Shown here one piece after another: positions 20,329-28,820 of a DNA stretch of 57,376 bases. The DNA lies in the sequence record SRR2962707_4331; one strand, written 5' to 3'. Below the pieces are notes generated by a model that saw only the letters and a program-made list of their open reading frames with translations, was not told the origin of the DNA and did no database searches. Both the position numbers and the translations under genes were made by a program. The first letter of the stretch is position 1. Every line of letters begins with the position of its first letter.

Positions 20329-20850
20329 TCAACCGATGATCTTGTTCGGCGGGCCGGGATAACCGGTGGTGCGGGCGGCATCCGGTTTCACGTACCAGGC
20401 CATGTGAAACGGCTGGGTGAGGCCGCGGAAGGCGGCTCGCGGCAACTCGCTTTCACTGCGTGACCAGTGATCCAGGGTCGCGCTGAGCTGTTCTTCGGTT
20501 TGCTCGGCGAAATGTTTCCAGGTGCCGGTGAGATACCAGCGCCCTGGGGCCAGTTGCAGCAGATCGAGCAACTCGAATACCGCGCCACGGGTGCCGGGCA
20601 TGCCGCCGTCAAGAAGGTCATCGAAAGCCAGCAGCGCCTGGTCGGCGGTGGCGTCCGCCGCGGCCAGGGCCGGGGCCAGCAGCACCCGGGCCAGCGGCCT
20701 GAGCAAGGTGACGTCCTGGGAACGCAGGTGTCGATAGCCATGGGCCGGTCCGTCGTTGCGGCTGCAGCCGGTCAGCAGGGCCAGGCTTGATCCCGCCGTC
20801 AGCATGACACTGGCGCCGGCGCTGAGTTTGAGAAAGTCGCGACGATCCAT
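20329..20850 (-). CDS. laoB: Twin-arginine-motif accessory protein, LaoB-like
   Basis: DRRDFLK motif followed by a hydrophobic stretch ending LTGC; C-terminal WY...GYPGPP. Start could be 20892. Confidence 0.78.
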   Translation of the reverse strand: MDRRDFLKLSAGASVMLTAGSSLALLTGCSRNDGPAHGYRHLRSQDVTLLRPLARVLLAPALAAADATADQALLAFDDLLDGGMPGTRGAVFELLDLLQLAPGRWYLTGTWKHFAEQTEEQLSATLDHWSRSESELPRAAFRGLTQPFHMAWYVKPDAARTTGYPGPPNKIIG

Positions 20851-20934
20851 TCCCGTTTTCCATCCTGATTGTGTTGTTGTGCTTGTTATCACGACCGGAC
20901 GGGCGTCACCGAAAAGTCACGCCCGCCGGGCCGG

Positions 20935-22377
20935 CTATTTGAGCAGATACTTATAGATGAAACGGTGCATGCCCCGGCCGTAGGGCGGCAGGATATGCTT
21001 GGTGCCGTTGAACTTGCCCTTGCGGTAGACCCCTTTGGCCTTGGAGAAGGTCAGGAAGCCTTCGTGGCCGTGGTAATGGCCCATCCCCGAGGGGCCGACA
21101 CCGCCGAACGGCATGTCATCCACACCCACGTGACTGACGGTGTCGTTGAGGCAGACGCCGCCGGCGTGGGTATTGCGCAGCACGTATTGCGCATTGCCGC
21201 TGTTCCAGTCGAAGTAATACAACGCCAGCGGGCGGGGACGGTCATTGACGTAGTCCAGGGCCTGATCGAGCCCTTTATACGGAATCACCAACATCAAGGG
21301 GCCGAAGATTTCGTCCTGGGCGATTTTCATGTCGTCGGTGACATTCAGCACCAGAGTGTGCGGTAGCTTGCGGCTGTCGCCGAGGTCCTCATTGGCGGGA
21401 TTGATGCTGATGATACGGGCGCCTCTTTCTTCCGCGTCGCGCAGGTATCCCTGCAGACGCTGGTACTGACGATCGTTGATGATGCTGGTGTAGTCCGGGT
21501 TTTCCGCCATGGTCGGATACAGCTTGCCGATTTGCGCGCGCCACTGTTCGACGAATTCCTCCACCCGCTGTTCGGGGCAAAGAATATAATCCGGCGCCAC
21601 ACAGGTCTGGCCGCTGTTCAGGCATTTTCCAAAGGCGATACGCTCCACCGCTTCGTTCATCGGGAAATCCTCGCCGATGATGCAGGGGCTCTTGCCGCCC
21701 AGCTCCAACGTCACCGGTGTCAGATTTTCCGCCGCGGCGCGCAGGATATGGCGGCCCACGGAAGTGGAACCGGTGAACAGCAGATGATCGAACGGCAGCG
21801 CCGAGAACGCCGCCGCCACATCCACTTCGCCGTTGACCACCGCCACCTGATCCTCCGGAAAAGTATCCGCGATCAGACGCTGCAGCAGAGCCCCGGTGGC
21901 CGGGGTGGATTCGCTCATCTTGATCATCACCCGGTTGCCCGCCGCCAGCGCCGCCAGTAGCGGACCGATGGCCAGGTACACCGGATAGTTCCAGGGCACG
22001 ATCACACCGACCACGCCCACCGGCTGATATTCCACCCAGGCCTTGCCCGGCCATTGCGGCGCGCCGACCTTACGACGGCTGGGTTTCATCCATTTGGCTA
22101 CTTTCTTGGCGTGGTATTTGATGCCTTCGACGCTGGTGAGCAGCTCGGCCAGCTTGGTTTCATCGGCGGCGCGGTTGCCGAAATCCTGGCGCAGCGCTTC
22201 GATGATCTCATCCTGGTGATCCAGCAACATGGGTTTGAGGCGCAGGATGGCTTCCCGGCGTTCCTCCACGGAAGGGTAAGGCTGACGACGGAAAGCGGCC
22301 CGCTGGGCTTCGAACAAGGTGTTCATGCGCGTGATCCGCGCCTGATCGGTTTTGAGCTCCTTGATTTCGGCGACCAT
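20935..22377 (-). CDS. laoC: Coniferyl/long-chain aldehyde dehydrogenase, LaoC-like
   Basis: PWNYP, FTGSTSVG, LELGGKSP, GQTCVAPDY, EIFGP and PFGGVG motifs. Confidence 0.88.
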   Translation of the reverse strand: MVAEIKELKTDQARITRMNTLFEAQRAAFRRQPYPSVEERREAILRLKPMLLDHQDEIIEALRQDFGNRAADETKLAELLTSVEGIKYHAKKVAKWMKPSRRKVGAPQWPGKAWVEYQPVGVVGVIVPWNYPVYLAIGPLLAALAAGNRVMIKMSESTPATGALLQRLIADTFPEDQVAVVNGEVDVAAAFSALPFDHLLFTGSTSVGRHILRAAAENLTPVTLELGGKSPCIIGEDFPMNEAVERIAFGKCLNSGQTCVAPDYILCPEQRVEEFVEQWRAQIGKLYPTMAENPDYTSIINDRQYQRLQGYLRDAEERGARIISINPANEDLGDSRKLPHTLVLNVTDDMKIAQDEIFGPLMLVIPYKGLDQALDYVNDRPRPLALYYFDWNSGNAQYVLRNTHAGGVCLNDTVSHVGVDDMPFGGVGPSGMGHYHGHEGFLTFSKAKGVYRKGKFNGTKHILPPYGRGMHRFIYKYLLK

Positions 22378-22417
22378 AATGCGCCTCCTGGATTGTTATT
22401 GGACTGATTGGGATTTT

Positions 22418-22433
22418 TAGAGTAATTACTCTA
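22418..22433. promoter_or_regulatory. Perfect 16-bp palindrome, putative LaoR operator
   Basis: TAGAGTAATTACTCTA in the divergent ALDH/TetR spacer, 2 bp downstream of a minus-strand TTGACC (22441-22436). Confidence 0.75.
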
Positions 22434-22475
22434 GAGGTCAACCCTCTGTTTCCCCTTTGACTGGATTGGCCCCGT

Positions 22476-23180
22476 ATGACTGGCACCAAAACGCGCATTC
22501 TGGACACCGCCCTGGACTTGTTTAATCGCCATGGCGAGCGCAATGTCACCACCAACCACATCGCCGAAGCCCTCGGGATCAGTCCCGGCAACCTGTATTA
22601 TCACTTCCGCAACAAGACGGCGATCGTGGCGGCGCTGTTCCAACGTTACCGCCAACAAATCTGGGAATGGCTGCCGCCGCCCAAGGGAGCGTTGACCTGG
22701 CAGGACAAGATGCACTACCTGCAGGGGATTCTGGAGTCGATGTGGCAGGGCCGGTTTCTACATCGGGATTTGCCGCATTTTCTCCACCAGGATCCGGAGT
22801 TGCGCGCCGAATACACGCAGTTCGTGCAAGATGGCATGGAGCGCGGGTTGCAGATTTATCAGGGATTGCGCGCCAGCGGTCTGATCGAGGCCAGCGATGA
22901 GGACCTGCGTGCCCTGATGGTGAATACCTGGGTATTGGCGATGTCGTGGCCGGGCCTGACCCACGGCCTCAACCCCGCCGCCGCTGAGAACGAGACTCTG
23001 GATCGGGCCCTGTTGCGTCAGGGTATTTATCAGATCGTGTGCCTGGAAGCGCCCTATCTGAGGGGGGAGGCTCTGGATCATCTGGATGCCATGAAGGCGG
23101 AATTCCGGGTTGGCGACACCACGGTGAACCTGTTGTTCACGGCATCCGGCCCCCACATCGGGGAGTCGTCGAACGGCTGA
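22476..23180 (+). CDS. laoR: TetR-family repressor, LaoR-like
   Basis: LFNRHGERNVTTNHIAEALGISPGNLYYHFRNK HTH; divergent from the ALDH gene. Confidence 0.85.
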   Translation: MTGTKTRILDTALDLFNRHGERNVTTNHIAEALGISPGNLYYHFRNKTAIVAALFQRYRQQIWEWLPPPKGALTWQDKMHYLQGILESMWQGRFLHRDLPHFLHQDPELRAEYTQFVQDGMERGLQIYQGLRASGLIEASDEDLRALMVNTWVLAMSWPGLTHGLNPAAAENETLDRALLRQGIYQIVCLEAPYLRGEALDHLDAMKAEFRVGDTTVNLLFTASGPHIGESSNG

Positions 23181-23205
23181 GCTTGGCAGATCGTGGGGTA
23201 ATGGC

Positions 23206-23241
23206 TATCGTTATACGAGATAAAAATCACGTATAACGAGA
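23206..23241. promoter_or_regulatory. Tandem putative IclR operators forming a 32-bp inverted repeat
   Basis: TATCG-ttata-CGAGA (23206-23220) and TCACG-tataa-CGAGA (23227-23241); arms TCGTTATACG/CGTATAACGA. Confidence 0.55.
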
Positions 23242-23263
23242 AAACTTGCCGTCACGGAGTCCC

Positions 23264-24055
23264 ATGAGCTCAGTCCGAACCCCCACCGCCAAGAAGGCCA
23301 AGCCCGTCACCAGCACCACTCTGGCCAAGGCGTCGCTGTTGCTGCGCACGGTCGCGCGCACTTTCCCCACCGGAGGGACGCTGTCACGCATTGCCCGTGA
23401 GGTGGGGATGAATACCGCCACCGCTCACCGGTTGCTGACTGCTCTGGCCCACGAAGGCTTGCTGACCTTTGACCCCTATGTGAAGACCTATCACGTGGGA
23501 TTCGAATTGCTCGATATCGCCGAGTCGGCCCAGGCGGTGGCGCCGGATCTGCAACTGCGGCAGCGGCTGAGGCCAATGCTCAAGAACATCTCCCGGCGCA
23601 CCGAGGAATCCACCTACCTGTCGATTCGTTCCAACCGGGATTCGGTGTGCATTGATCTTTCCGAAGGCACCTATCCGATCAGCGCCAACACTCTGATGGT
23701 CGGAGCCCGCCGACCGTTGGGGATCGGGGCCGGCTCCTGTTCGCTGCTGGCTTCCCTGCCGGTGGAGGAAGGTGACCGCATGCTGCTGCTCAATCAGGAC
23801 CGCTATGAGCGCTACTCAGGCATCACCTTGTCGGAGGTACGCCAATGGCTGCTGGAATACCGGCGTGACGGCTTCGCTTTCAATAATGGCCGTATTATTC
23901 CGGAAGTGGCGGCCTTGGGAATGGCATTCCGGGTGCCTGGCTCCGGGCAGGACGTGGCGGTCAGTGTGGCCTCGGTGGTGTCCCGGATGAACGAAGAACG
24001 CCGACGCATGGTGATCGACGTGATCCGGGATGAAATCTCCCGTCTGCAGGAATGA
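23264..24055 (+). CDS. IclR-family transcriptional regulator
   Basis: HTH (LSRIAREVGMNTATAHRLL) and effector-domain motif VGARRPLGIGAGSCSLLA. Confidence 0.92.
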   Translation: MSSVRTPTAKKAKPVTSTTLAKASLLLRTVARTFPTGGTLSRIAREVGMNTATAHRLLTALAHEGLLTFDPYVKTYHVGFELLDIAESAQAVAPDLQLRQRLRPMLKNISRRTEESTYLSIRSNRDSVCIDLSEGTYPISANTLMVGARRPLGIGAGSCSLLASLPVEEGDRMLLLNQDRYERYSGITLSEVRQWLLEYRRDGFAFNNGRIIPEVAALGMAFRVPGSGQDVAVSVASVVSRMNEERRRMVIDVIRDEISRLQE

Positions 24056-24123
24056 CGCTGAGGGCCAGATAAACAAATAAGTGCTTATTTGTTGTTGCAT
24101 TGATGGCCACTTTTTGCTTTTTT

Positions 24124-24138
24124 TCTTGAAATGCGAGA
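24124..24138. promoter_or_regulatory. Third copy of the putative IclR operator, upstream of the TAXI promoter
   Basis: TCTTG-aaatg-CGAGA in an AT-rich spacer, about 30 bp upstream of a TTGACT -35-like hexamer. Confidence 0.45.
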
Positions 24139-24325
24139 AATTTTTATTTGGATTTGGGAAAATTTATTGACTCCAACCAGAGTGACCGACTAGTTTTCGC
24201 AAAGGGCCGATGCCGGAGTTCTTTCCGGCATGAGGATGGCCTCCCTGAGCCGGGCGGGATGCCCCTGAATCGTCACGAACGATTTTGACGCCGTCCACGA
24301 CGGCGGTAAAAAAACAATCTCGGAG

Positions 24326-25471
24326 ATGCTTATGACTTCATCGACTCGCCTGCGTCGATTTTTCGCCTCTATCATGATCGGTGGCGGTTTGGCTCTTACC
24401 GCTGGCGCCAGCGCCGCGGAACTGCCCAAATCCATGACCTGGTCCTCCTATGATGTGGGTTCCGCCGGCTACGCCGAAGCGTCCGCCATTGCCGATGCGT
24501 TCGGCAAGAAATTCGGTACCCGCATCCGTATCCAGCCTTCCGGTTCCTCCATTGGCCGTCTGCAACCGGTGCTGAGCAAGCGTGCCGACATTGGCTTCCT
24601 GGCCACGGAAACCTTCTTCGCCAGTGAAGGGATCCATGATTTCTCCACTCGCCGCTGGGGACCGCAGGATCTTCGCGTGGTGGCCGGACGTCCTTCCTCG
24701 TTCGGTATCTTCACCGCCGCGGACGCCGACATTCATACGCTCCAGGATCTCAAGGGCAAGCGCTTCGCCTACGTGGCGGGTAACCCGTCCATCAACGTCA
24801 AATGCGATGCTTTCCTGGCCTTCGCCGGCCTGACCCGGGATGACGTCGACGCGAAGATGTTCCCCACCTACGCCAACGCCATGAGTTCCCTGGCGCGCAA
24901 CGAGGCCGACGCTTCCTGTACCACCACCACGCCCAGCCACGTGTACGAGCTGGAGCAATCCCCCCGTGGTATCCGTTGGCTGGAAGTGCCCGCCGACGAC
25001 GAGGAAGGTTGGAAACGCCTGCGCGCGGTAGCGCCGTTCTTCCAGCCGTACACGGAAACCGTGGGCGCCGGCATCAGCGAGGAAAACCCGGTTGATATCC
25101 TGGCTTACCGTTACCCGGTGCTGGTGGTTCGTTCCGATACCGACGCGGATCTGGTCTATGCTTTCACCAAGGCGTTGGACGAGACCTATGACATGTACAA
25201 GGACGCCACGTCCGTGATGCCGCGCTGGGATCTGAAGCAGGCTGGTGTGCCGGCGGCGGACGCTCCCTTCCATGAAGGCGCCATCCGTTACCTGAAGGAA
25301 AAAGGCATCTGGACCGACGAGGCCCAGGCCTGGAATGAGGCTCGCACCAAACGCCTGAATGTCTTGCGTGACGCCTGGAAGAAAGCCGTGGCCGAAGGCG
25401 ATGGCAAGAGCGACGAAGAGTTCGCCGCGATCTGGGACCGTATCCGTACACAGGCACTCAATTCCCTCTGA
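24326..25471 (+). CDS. TAXI-family TRAP transporter solute-binding protein
   Basis: Signal peptide ending ASA-A; YDVGSAGY, DLKGKR and PFHEGAIRYLKEKG motifs. Confidence 0.9.
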   Translation: MLMTSSTRLRRFFASIMIGGGLALTAGASAAELPKSMTWSSYDVGSAGYAEASAIADAFGKKFGTRIRIQPSGSSIGRLQPVLSKRADIGFLATETFFASEGIHDFSTRRWGPQDLRVVAGRPSSFGIFTAADADIHTLQDLKGKRFAYVAGNPSINVKCDAFLAFAGLTRDDVDAKMFPTYANAMSSLARNEADASCTTTTPSHVYELEQSPRGIRWLEVPADDEEGWKRLRAVAPFFQPYTETVGAGISEENPVDILAYRYPVLVVRSDTDADLVYAFTKALDETYDMYKDATSVMPRWDLKQAGVPAADAPFHEGAIRYLKEKGIWTDEAQAWNEARTKRLNVLRDAWKKAVAEGDGKSDEEFAAIWDRIRTQALNSL

Positions 25472-25485
25472 TCCCTCTCTGAAAG

Positions 25486-25512
25486 CCGGGGCGGAAAGGG
25501 AGCCCGCCCCGG
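25486..25512 (+). other. Intercistronic GC-rich stem-loop after the binding-protein gene
   Basis: CCGGGGCGG-N9-CCGCCCCGG, at the typical position of mRNA-stabilising hairpins. Confidence 0.45.
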
Positions 25513-25542
25513 GTTCCATCATGCTATTTCCGGAGTCCCTCC

Positions 25543-27492
25543 ATGACGACGTCTGCGGATGCTTCCCAAGAGCACAGCCAGGAGGCCGGCGCTCCTTCCT
25601 CCCGTTTGCGCGGGCCGGCCTATTGGCTGGTCATGACCCTGGGTACCCTGGGTCTGTTGATGGCCATCAATCAAACCTTTGATCTGGAGCTGCTTGGCTT
25701 CAAGCCGTTGGGTAACGCTTATTTGTACTACCTGATCGGCCTGTTCCTGGCGGCGGCTTTCATTACCTTCCCGGCCTGGTCCGGTGCTCGTGAGCGGGTG
25801 TCCTGGTACGACTGGGTCCTGGCGCTGGCGGCGTTGGTGTCCTGCGGCTATCTGGGGCACCACGGCCTGGTCATGATTCAGCAGGGCTGGGATTTCATGG
25901 CGCCCACCGAGGCCACCGTATTCTCCGGCATCCTGCTGGTACTGGTGCTGGAAGGCGTGCGTCGCTGCGGCGGCTGGCCGCTGTTAGCGGTGGCTTTGCT
26001 GTTTGGCAGCTTCCCCCTCTACGCGGACCACATGCCCGGTTTTCTCTGGGGTAACCAGTACGGTTTCGCCGAAACCATCCGTTCCCATGTGATCGGTGTG
26101 GAAAGCATCATCGGTATCCCTATGCAGGTGGTGGCGCAACTGGTGATCGGCTTTGTCGTGTTCGGCGCGGCGCTCACCGCCACCGGCGGTGGTGAATTCT
26201 TCATGCGCTTCGCCACTGCCCTGATGGGCCGCAGCCGGGGTGGTCCGGCCAAAGTGGCGGTGCTCTCCAGTGGCATTCTCGGCAGTTTGTCCGGCAGTGT
26301 TATTTCCAACATTCTCACCACCGGTCCGATCACCATTCCGACCATGAAGAAAACCGGCTACCCGGCTCACTATGCCGGTGCCGTGGAGGCCTGTGCTTCC
26401 ACCGGCGGTACCCTGATGCCGCCGATCATGGGCGCGGTGGCGTTCATCATGGCGTCGTTTCTCGGTGTCCCCTACTCCGAAATCATGATCGCCGCTTTTC
26501 TGCCGGCCCTGTTGTTCTATCTGGCATTGATTTTCCAGGTGGATAACTACGCCGCCAGACGCGGTCTCAAAGGCATGCCAGAGTCCGAGATTCCGGACCT
26601 CAAGGAAACGCTCAAGGACGGCTGGCCGTACCTGTTCAGCCTGGTGGCCCTGATCTACATGTTGCTGGTGATGCGGCTGGAGGCCTACGCGCCCTACTAT
26701 GCCGCTCTGGTACTGGTCGGTATTTCCATGTTCAAACGCAACCACCGCATGAACTGGACCCGGGCAAAGACAATGATCCAGGATCTGACGCTGAGCGTTT
26801 CCAACCTGGTGGCGATTCTGGCTGGTATTGGCCTGGTGGTCGGTGGTCTTTCCTACACCGGCGTGGCGGGCGCATTCTCGCGCGAACTGCTGCTGTACGC
26901 TGATGGCAGTGTGCCTTTGATGCTGGCGGCGGGTGCCGTTACCAGCTTCGTGCTTGGCATGGGAATGACGGTCAGCGCTTGCTATATCTTCCTGTCCATT
27001 TTGCTGGCGCCGGCGCTGGTCAATGCGGGCCTCAATCCGCTGGCCAGTCATCTGTTCATTCTGTACTGGGGCATGATGTCCTATGTCACCCCGCCGGTGG
27101 CTCTGGCCGCCATCACCGCGGCGGGCGTGGCCGATGCCAACGCTACCAAAACCGGTATATACGCCATGCGGCTGGGGGCGATTCTGTTCGTCCTGCCGTT
27201 CCTGTTCGTGCTCAACCCTTCCCTGATCCTGCAGGGCGAGTGGAGCAAAATCCTGCTGTCCACCATCACCGCCATCACCGCGATCTGGCTGCTGGCCTCG
27301 GCCATGGAGGGGTATCTCTATCGCGCCGGCCTGTTGTCGATGATTCAGCGAGTGGTGCTGATCGTGGCCGGTGCACTGCTGATTTACCCGGAACCCATCA
27401 GCGACGTGGTCGGGTTCGGGTTGCTGGCGCTGGTGTACCTGAGCCGTCGATTGTTCAAACCGGTGGCGGCGGTGTCCTCGCGTGAATCGTAA
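25543..27492 (+). CDS. TRAP transporter fused 4TM/12TM permease (TAXI type)
   Basis: RGGPAKVAV, TIPTMKKTGY, EACASTGG..MPPIMGA, LGMGM and VTPPVA motifs. Confidence 0.93.
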   Translation: MTTSADASQEHSQEAGAPSSRLRGPAYWLVMTLGTLGLLMAINQTFDLELLGFKPLGNAYLYYLIGLFLAAAFITFPAWSGARERVSWYDWVLALAALVSCGYLGHHGLVMIQQGWDFMAPTEATVFSGILLVLVLEGVRRCGGWPLLAVALLFGSFPLYADHMPGFLWGNQYGFAETIRSHVIGVESIIGIPMQVVAQLVIGFVVFGAALTATGGGEFFMRFATALMGRSRGGPAKVAVLSSGILGSLSGSVISNILTTGPITIPTMKKTGYPAHYAGAVEACASTGGTLMPPIMGAVAFIMASFLGVPYSEIMIAAFLPALLFYLALIFQVDNYAARRGLKGMPESEIPDLKETLKDGWPYLFSLVALIYMLLVMRLEAYAPYYAALVLVGISMFKRNHRMNWTRAKTMIQDLTLSVSNLVAILAGIGLVVGGLSYTGVAGAFSRELLLYADGSVPLMLAAGAVTSFVLGMGMTVSACYIFLSILLAPALVNAGLNPLASHLFILYWGMMSYVTPPVALAAITAAGVADANATKTGIYAMRLGAILFVLPFLFVLNPSLILQGEWSKILLSTITAITAIWLLASAMEGYLYRAGLLSMIQRVVLIVAGALLIYPEPISDVVGFGLLALVYLSRRLFKPVAAVSSRES

Positions 27493-27504
27493 AGGTGAAA
27501 GAAC

Positions 27505-28188
27505 GTGATCAATAAAGTTTGGGATTCCTTCGAGTCGGCGGTGGCCGACGTCAAGGACGGTGATTCGGTGATGATCGGCGGCTTCGGCAGCTCCGGTTTT
27601 CCCCTGCAGCTGATCGAGGCCTTGCGCCAACACGGCGCCCGGGACCTGACCGTGATTTCCAATAACGCCGGGGTGGGCGATGAGGGCATAGCTTCCCTGC
27701 TGAAAGATCGTCTGGTGCGCAAGATCGTTTGTTCGTTTCCGCGCTCCGCCGGTTCGGTGTGGTTCGAGCGTCTCTATGAAGAAGGCGCCATCGAGCTGGA
27801 GCTGGTGCCCCAGGGCACTCTGGCGGAACGGATCCGCGCCGCCGGCGCCGGCATTGGCGGTTTCTATACGCCCACCGGTTATGGCACCCGGCTGGCCGAA
27901 GGCAAGGAAACCAAGGTGATCAACGGGCGCGGCTATGTGTTGGAAACCGCTCTGCCCGCTGACGTGGCCCTGATCAAGGCGCAACGGGCGGATGCCTGGG
28001 GCAACCTGATTTATAACACCGCCGGCCGCAACTTCAATCCGCCCATGGCCACCGCCGCCGCGTTGACCGTGGCGGAAGTGGAGCGGGTGGACGCAGTGGG
28101 CGATCTCGACCCGGAATGCATCGTGACCCCGGGTATCTTCGTGGATCGGGTAGTGGCACAGAAGGAGTGGCGGAATGATGCGGCTTAA
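27505..28188 (+). CDS. 3-oxoacid (PcaI-like) CoA-transferase subunit A
   Basis: MIGGFG, SNNAG, CSFPR, PQGTLAERIRAAGAG, RNFNP and TPGIFVDR motifs. Confidence 0.92.
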   Translation: MINKVWDSFESAVADVKDGDSVMIGGFGSSGFPLQLIEALRQHGARDLTVISNNAGVGDEGIASLLKDRLVRKIVCSFPRSAGSVWFERLYEEGAIELELVPQGTLAERIRAAGAGIGGFYTPTGYGTRLAEGKETKVINGRGYVLETALPADVALIKAQRADAWGNLIYNTAGRNFNPPMATAAALTVAEVERVDAVGDLDPECIVTPGIFVDRVVAQKEWRNDAA

Positions 28189-28819
28189 ACCGGCGGAGAT
28201 CGCCGAGCGGGTGGCCCAGGATATTCCCGATGGCGCCTATGTGAATCTGGGCATTGGCATGCCCACCATGGTGGCGAACTACGTCAGCGACGACCGGCAG
28301 GTGATCTACCAGAGCGAGAACGGCATCCTCGGTGTTGGCCCGGCTCCGGCCCCGGGCGAGGAAGATCCGGATTTGATCAACGCCGGCAAACAGTTCGTAA
28401 CGCTGCTGCCCGGCGGCGCCTATTTCGACAATGCTGAATCCTTCGCCATGATGCGTGGCGGTCACTTGGATCTGGCGGTACTGGGCGCGTTCCAGGTGTC
28501 GGAAAAAGGCGATCTGGCCAATTGGGCCACCAATAATGACACCTACCCGCCGGCGGTGGGTGGTGCCATGGATCTTGCGGTGGGCGCGAAGCAGGTGTTC
28601 GTGATCATGAGCCACACCACCAAGAGCGGTGAGCCGAAGATCCTGGAAAGCTGTAACTATCCGCTGACCGGCGCCGCCGTGGTGAAACGCATCTACACCG
28701 ATCTGGCGGTGCTGGACGTGACCGACCAAGGGCTGCGGGTACGTCAATTGCACGGTGATAACACCTTCGATGAGGTGCAGGCGCTGACCGGCGCGACGCT
28801 GTTGCCGGCGCTGAGCTGA
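28175..28819 (+). CDS. 3-oxoacid (PcaJ-like) CoA-transferase subunit B
   Basis: VNLGIGMPT, catalytic SENG, MRGGHLD, GDLANW and GGAMDL motifs. Confidence 0.92.
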   Translation: MMRLKPAEIAERVAQDIPDGAYVNLGIGMPTMVANYVSDDRQVIYQSENGILGVGPAPAPGEEDPDLINAGKQFVTLLPGGAYFDNAESFAMMRGGHLDLAVLGAFQVSEKGDLANWATNNDTYPPAVGGAMDLAVGAKQVFVIMSHTTKSGEPKILESCNYPLTGAAVVKRIYTDLAVLDVTDQGLRVRQLHGDNTFDEVQALTGATLLPALS

Positions 28820-28820
28820 C

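Noticed and set aside
25984..27984. 666-aa antisense ORF over the TRAP permease and CoA-transferase A
   Set aside because: Typical shadow frame of high-GC codon usage with no recognisable motifs.
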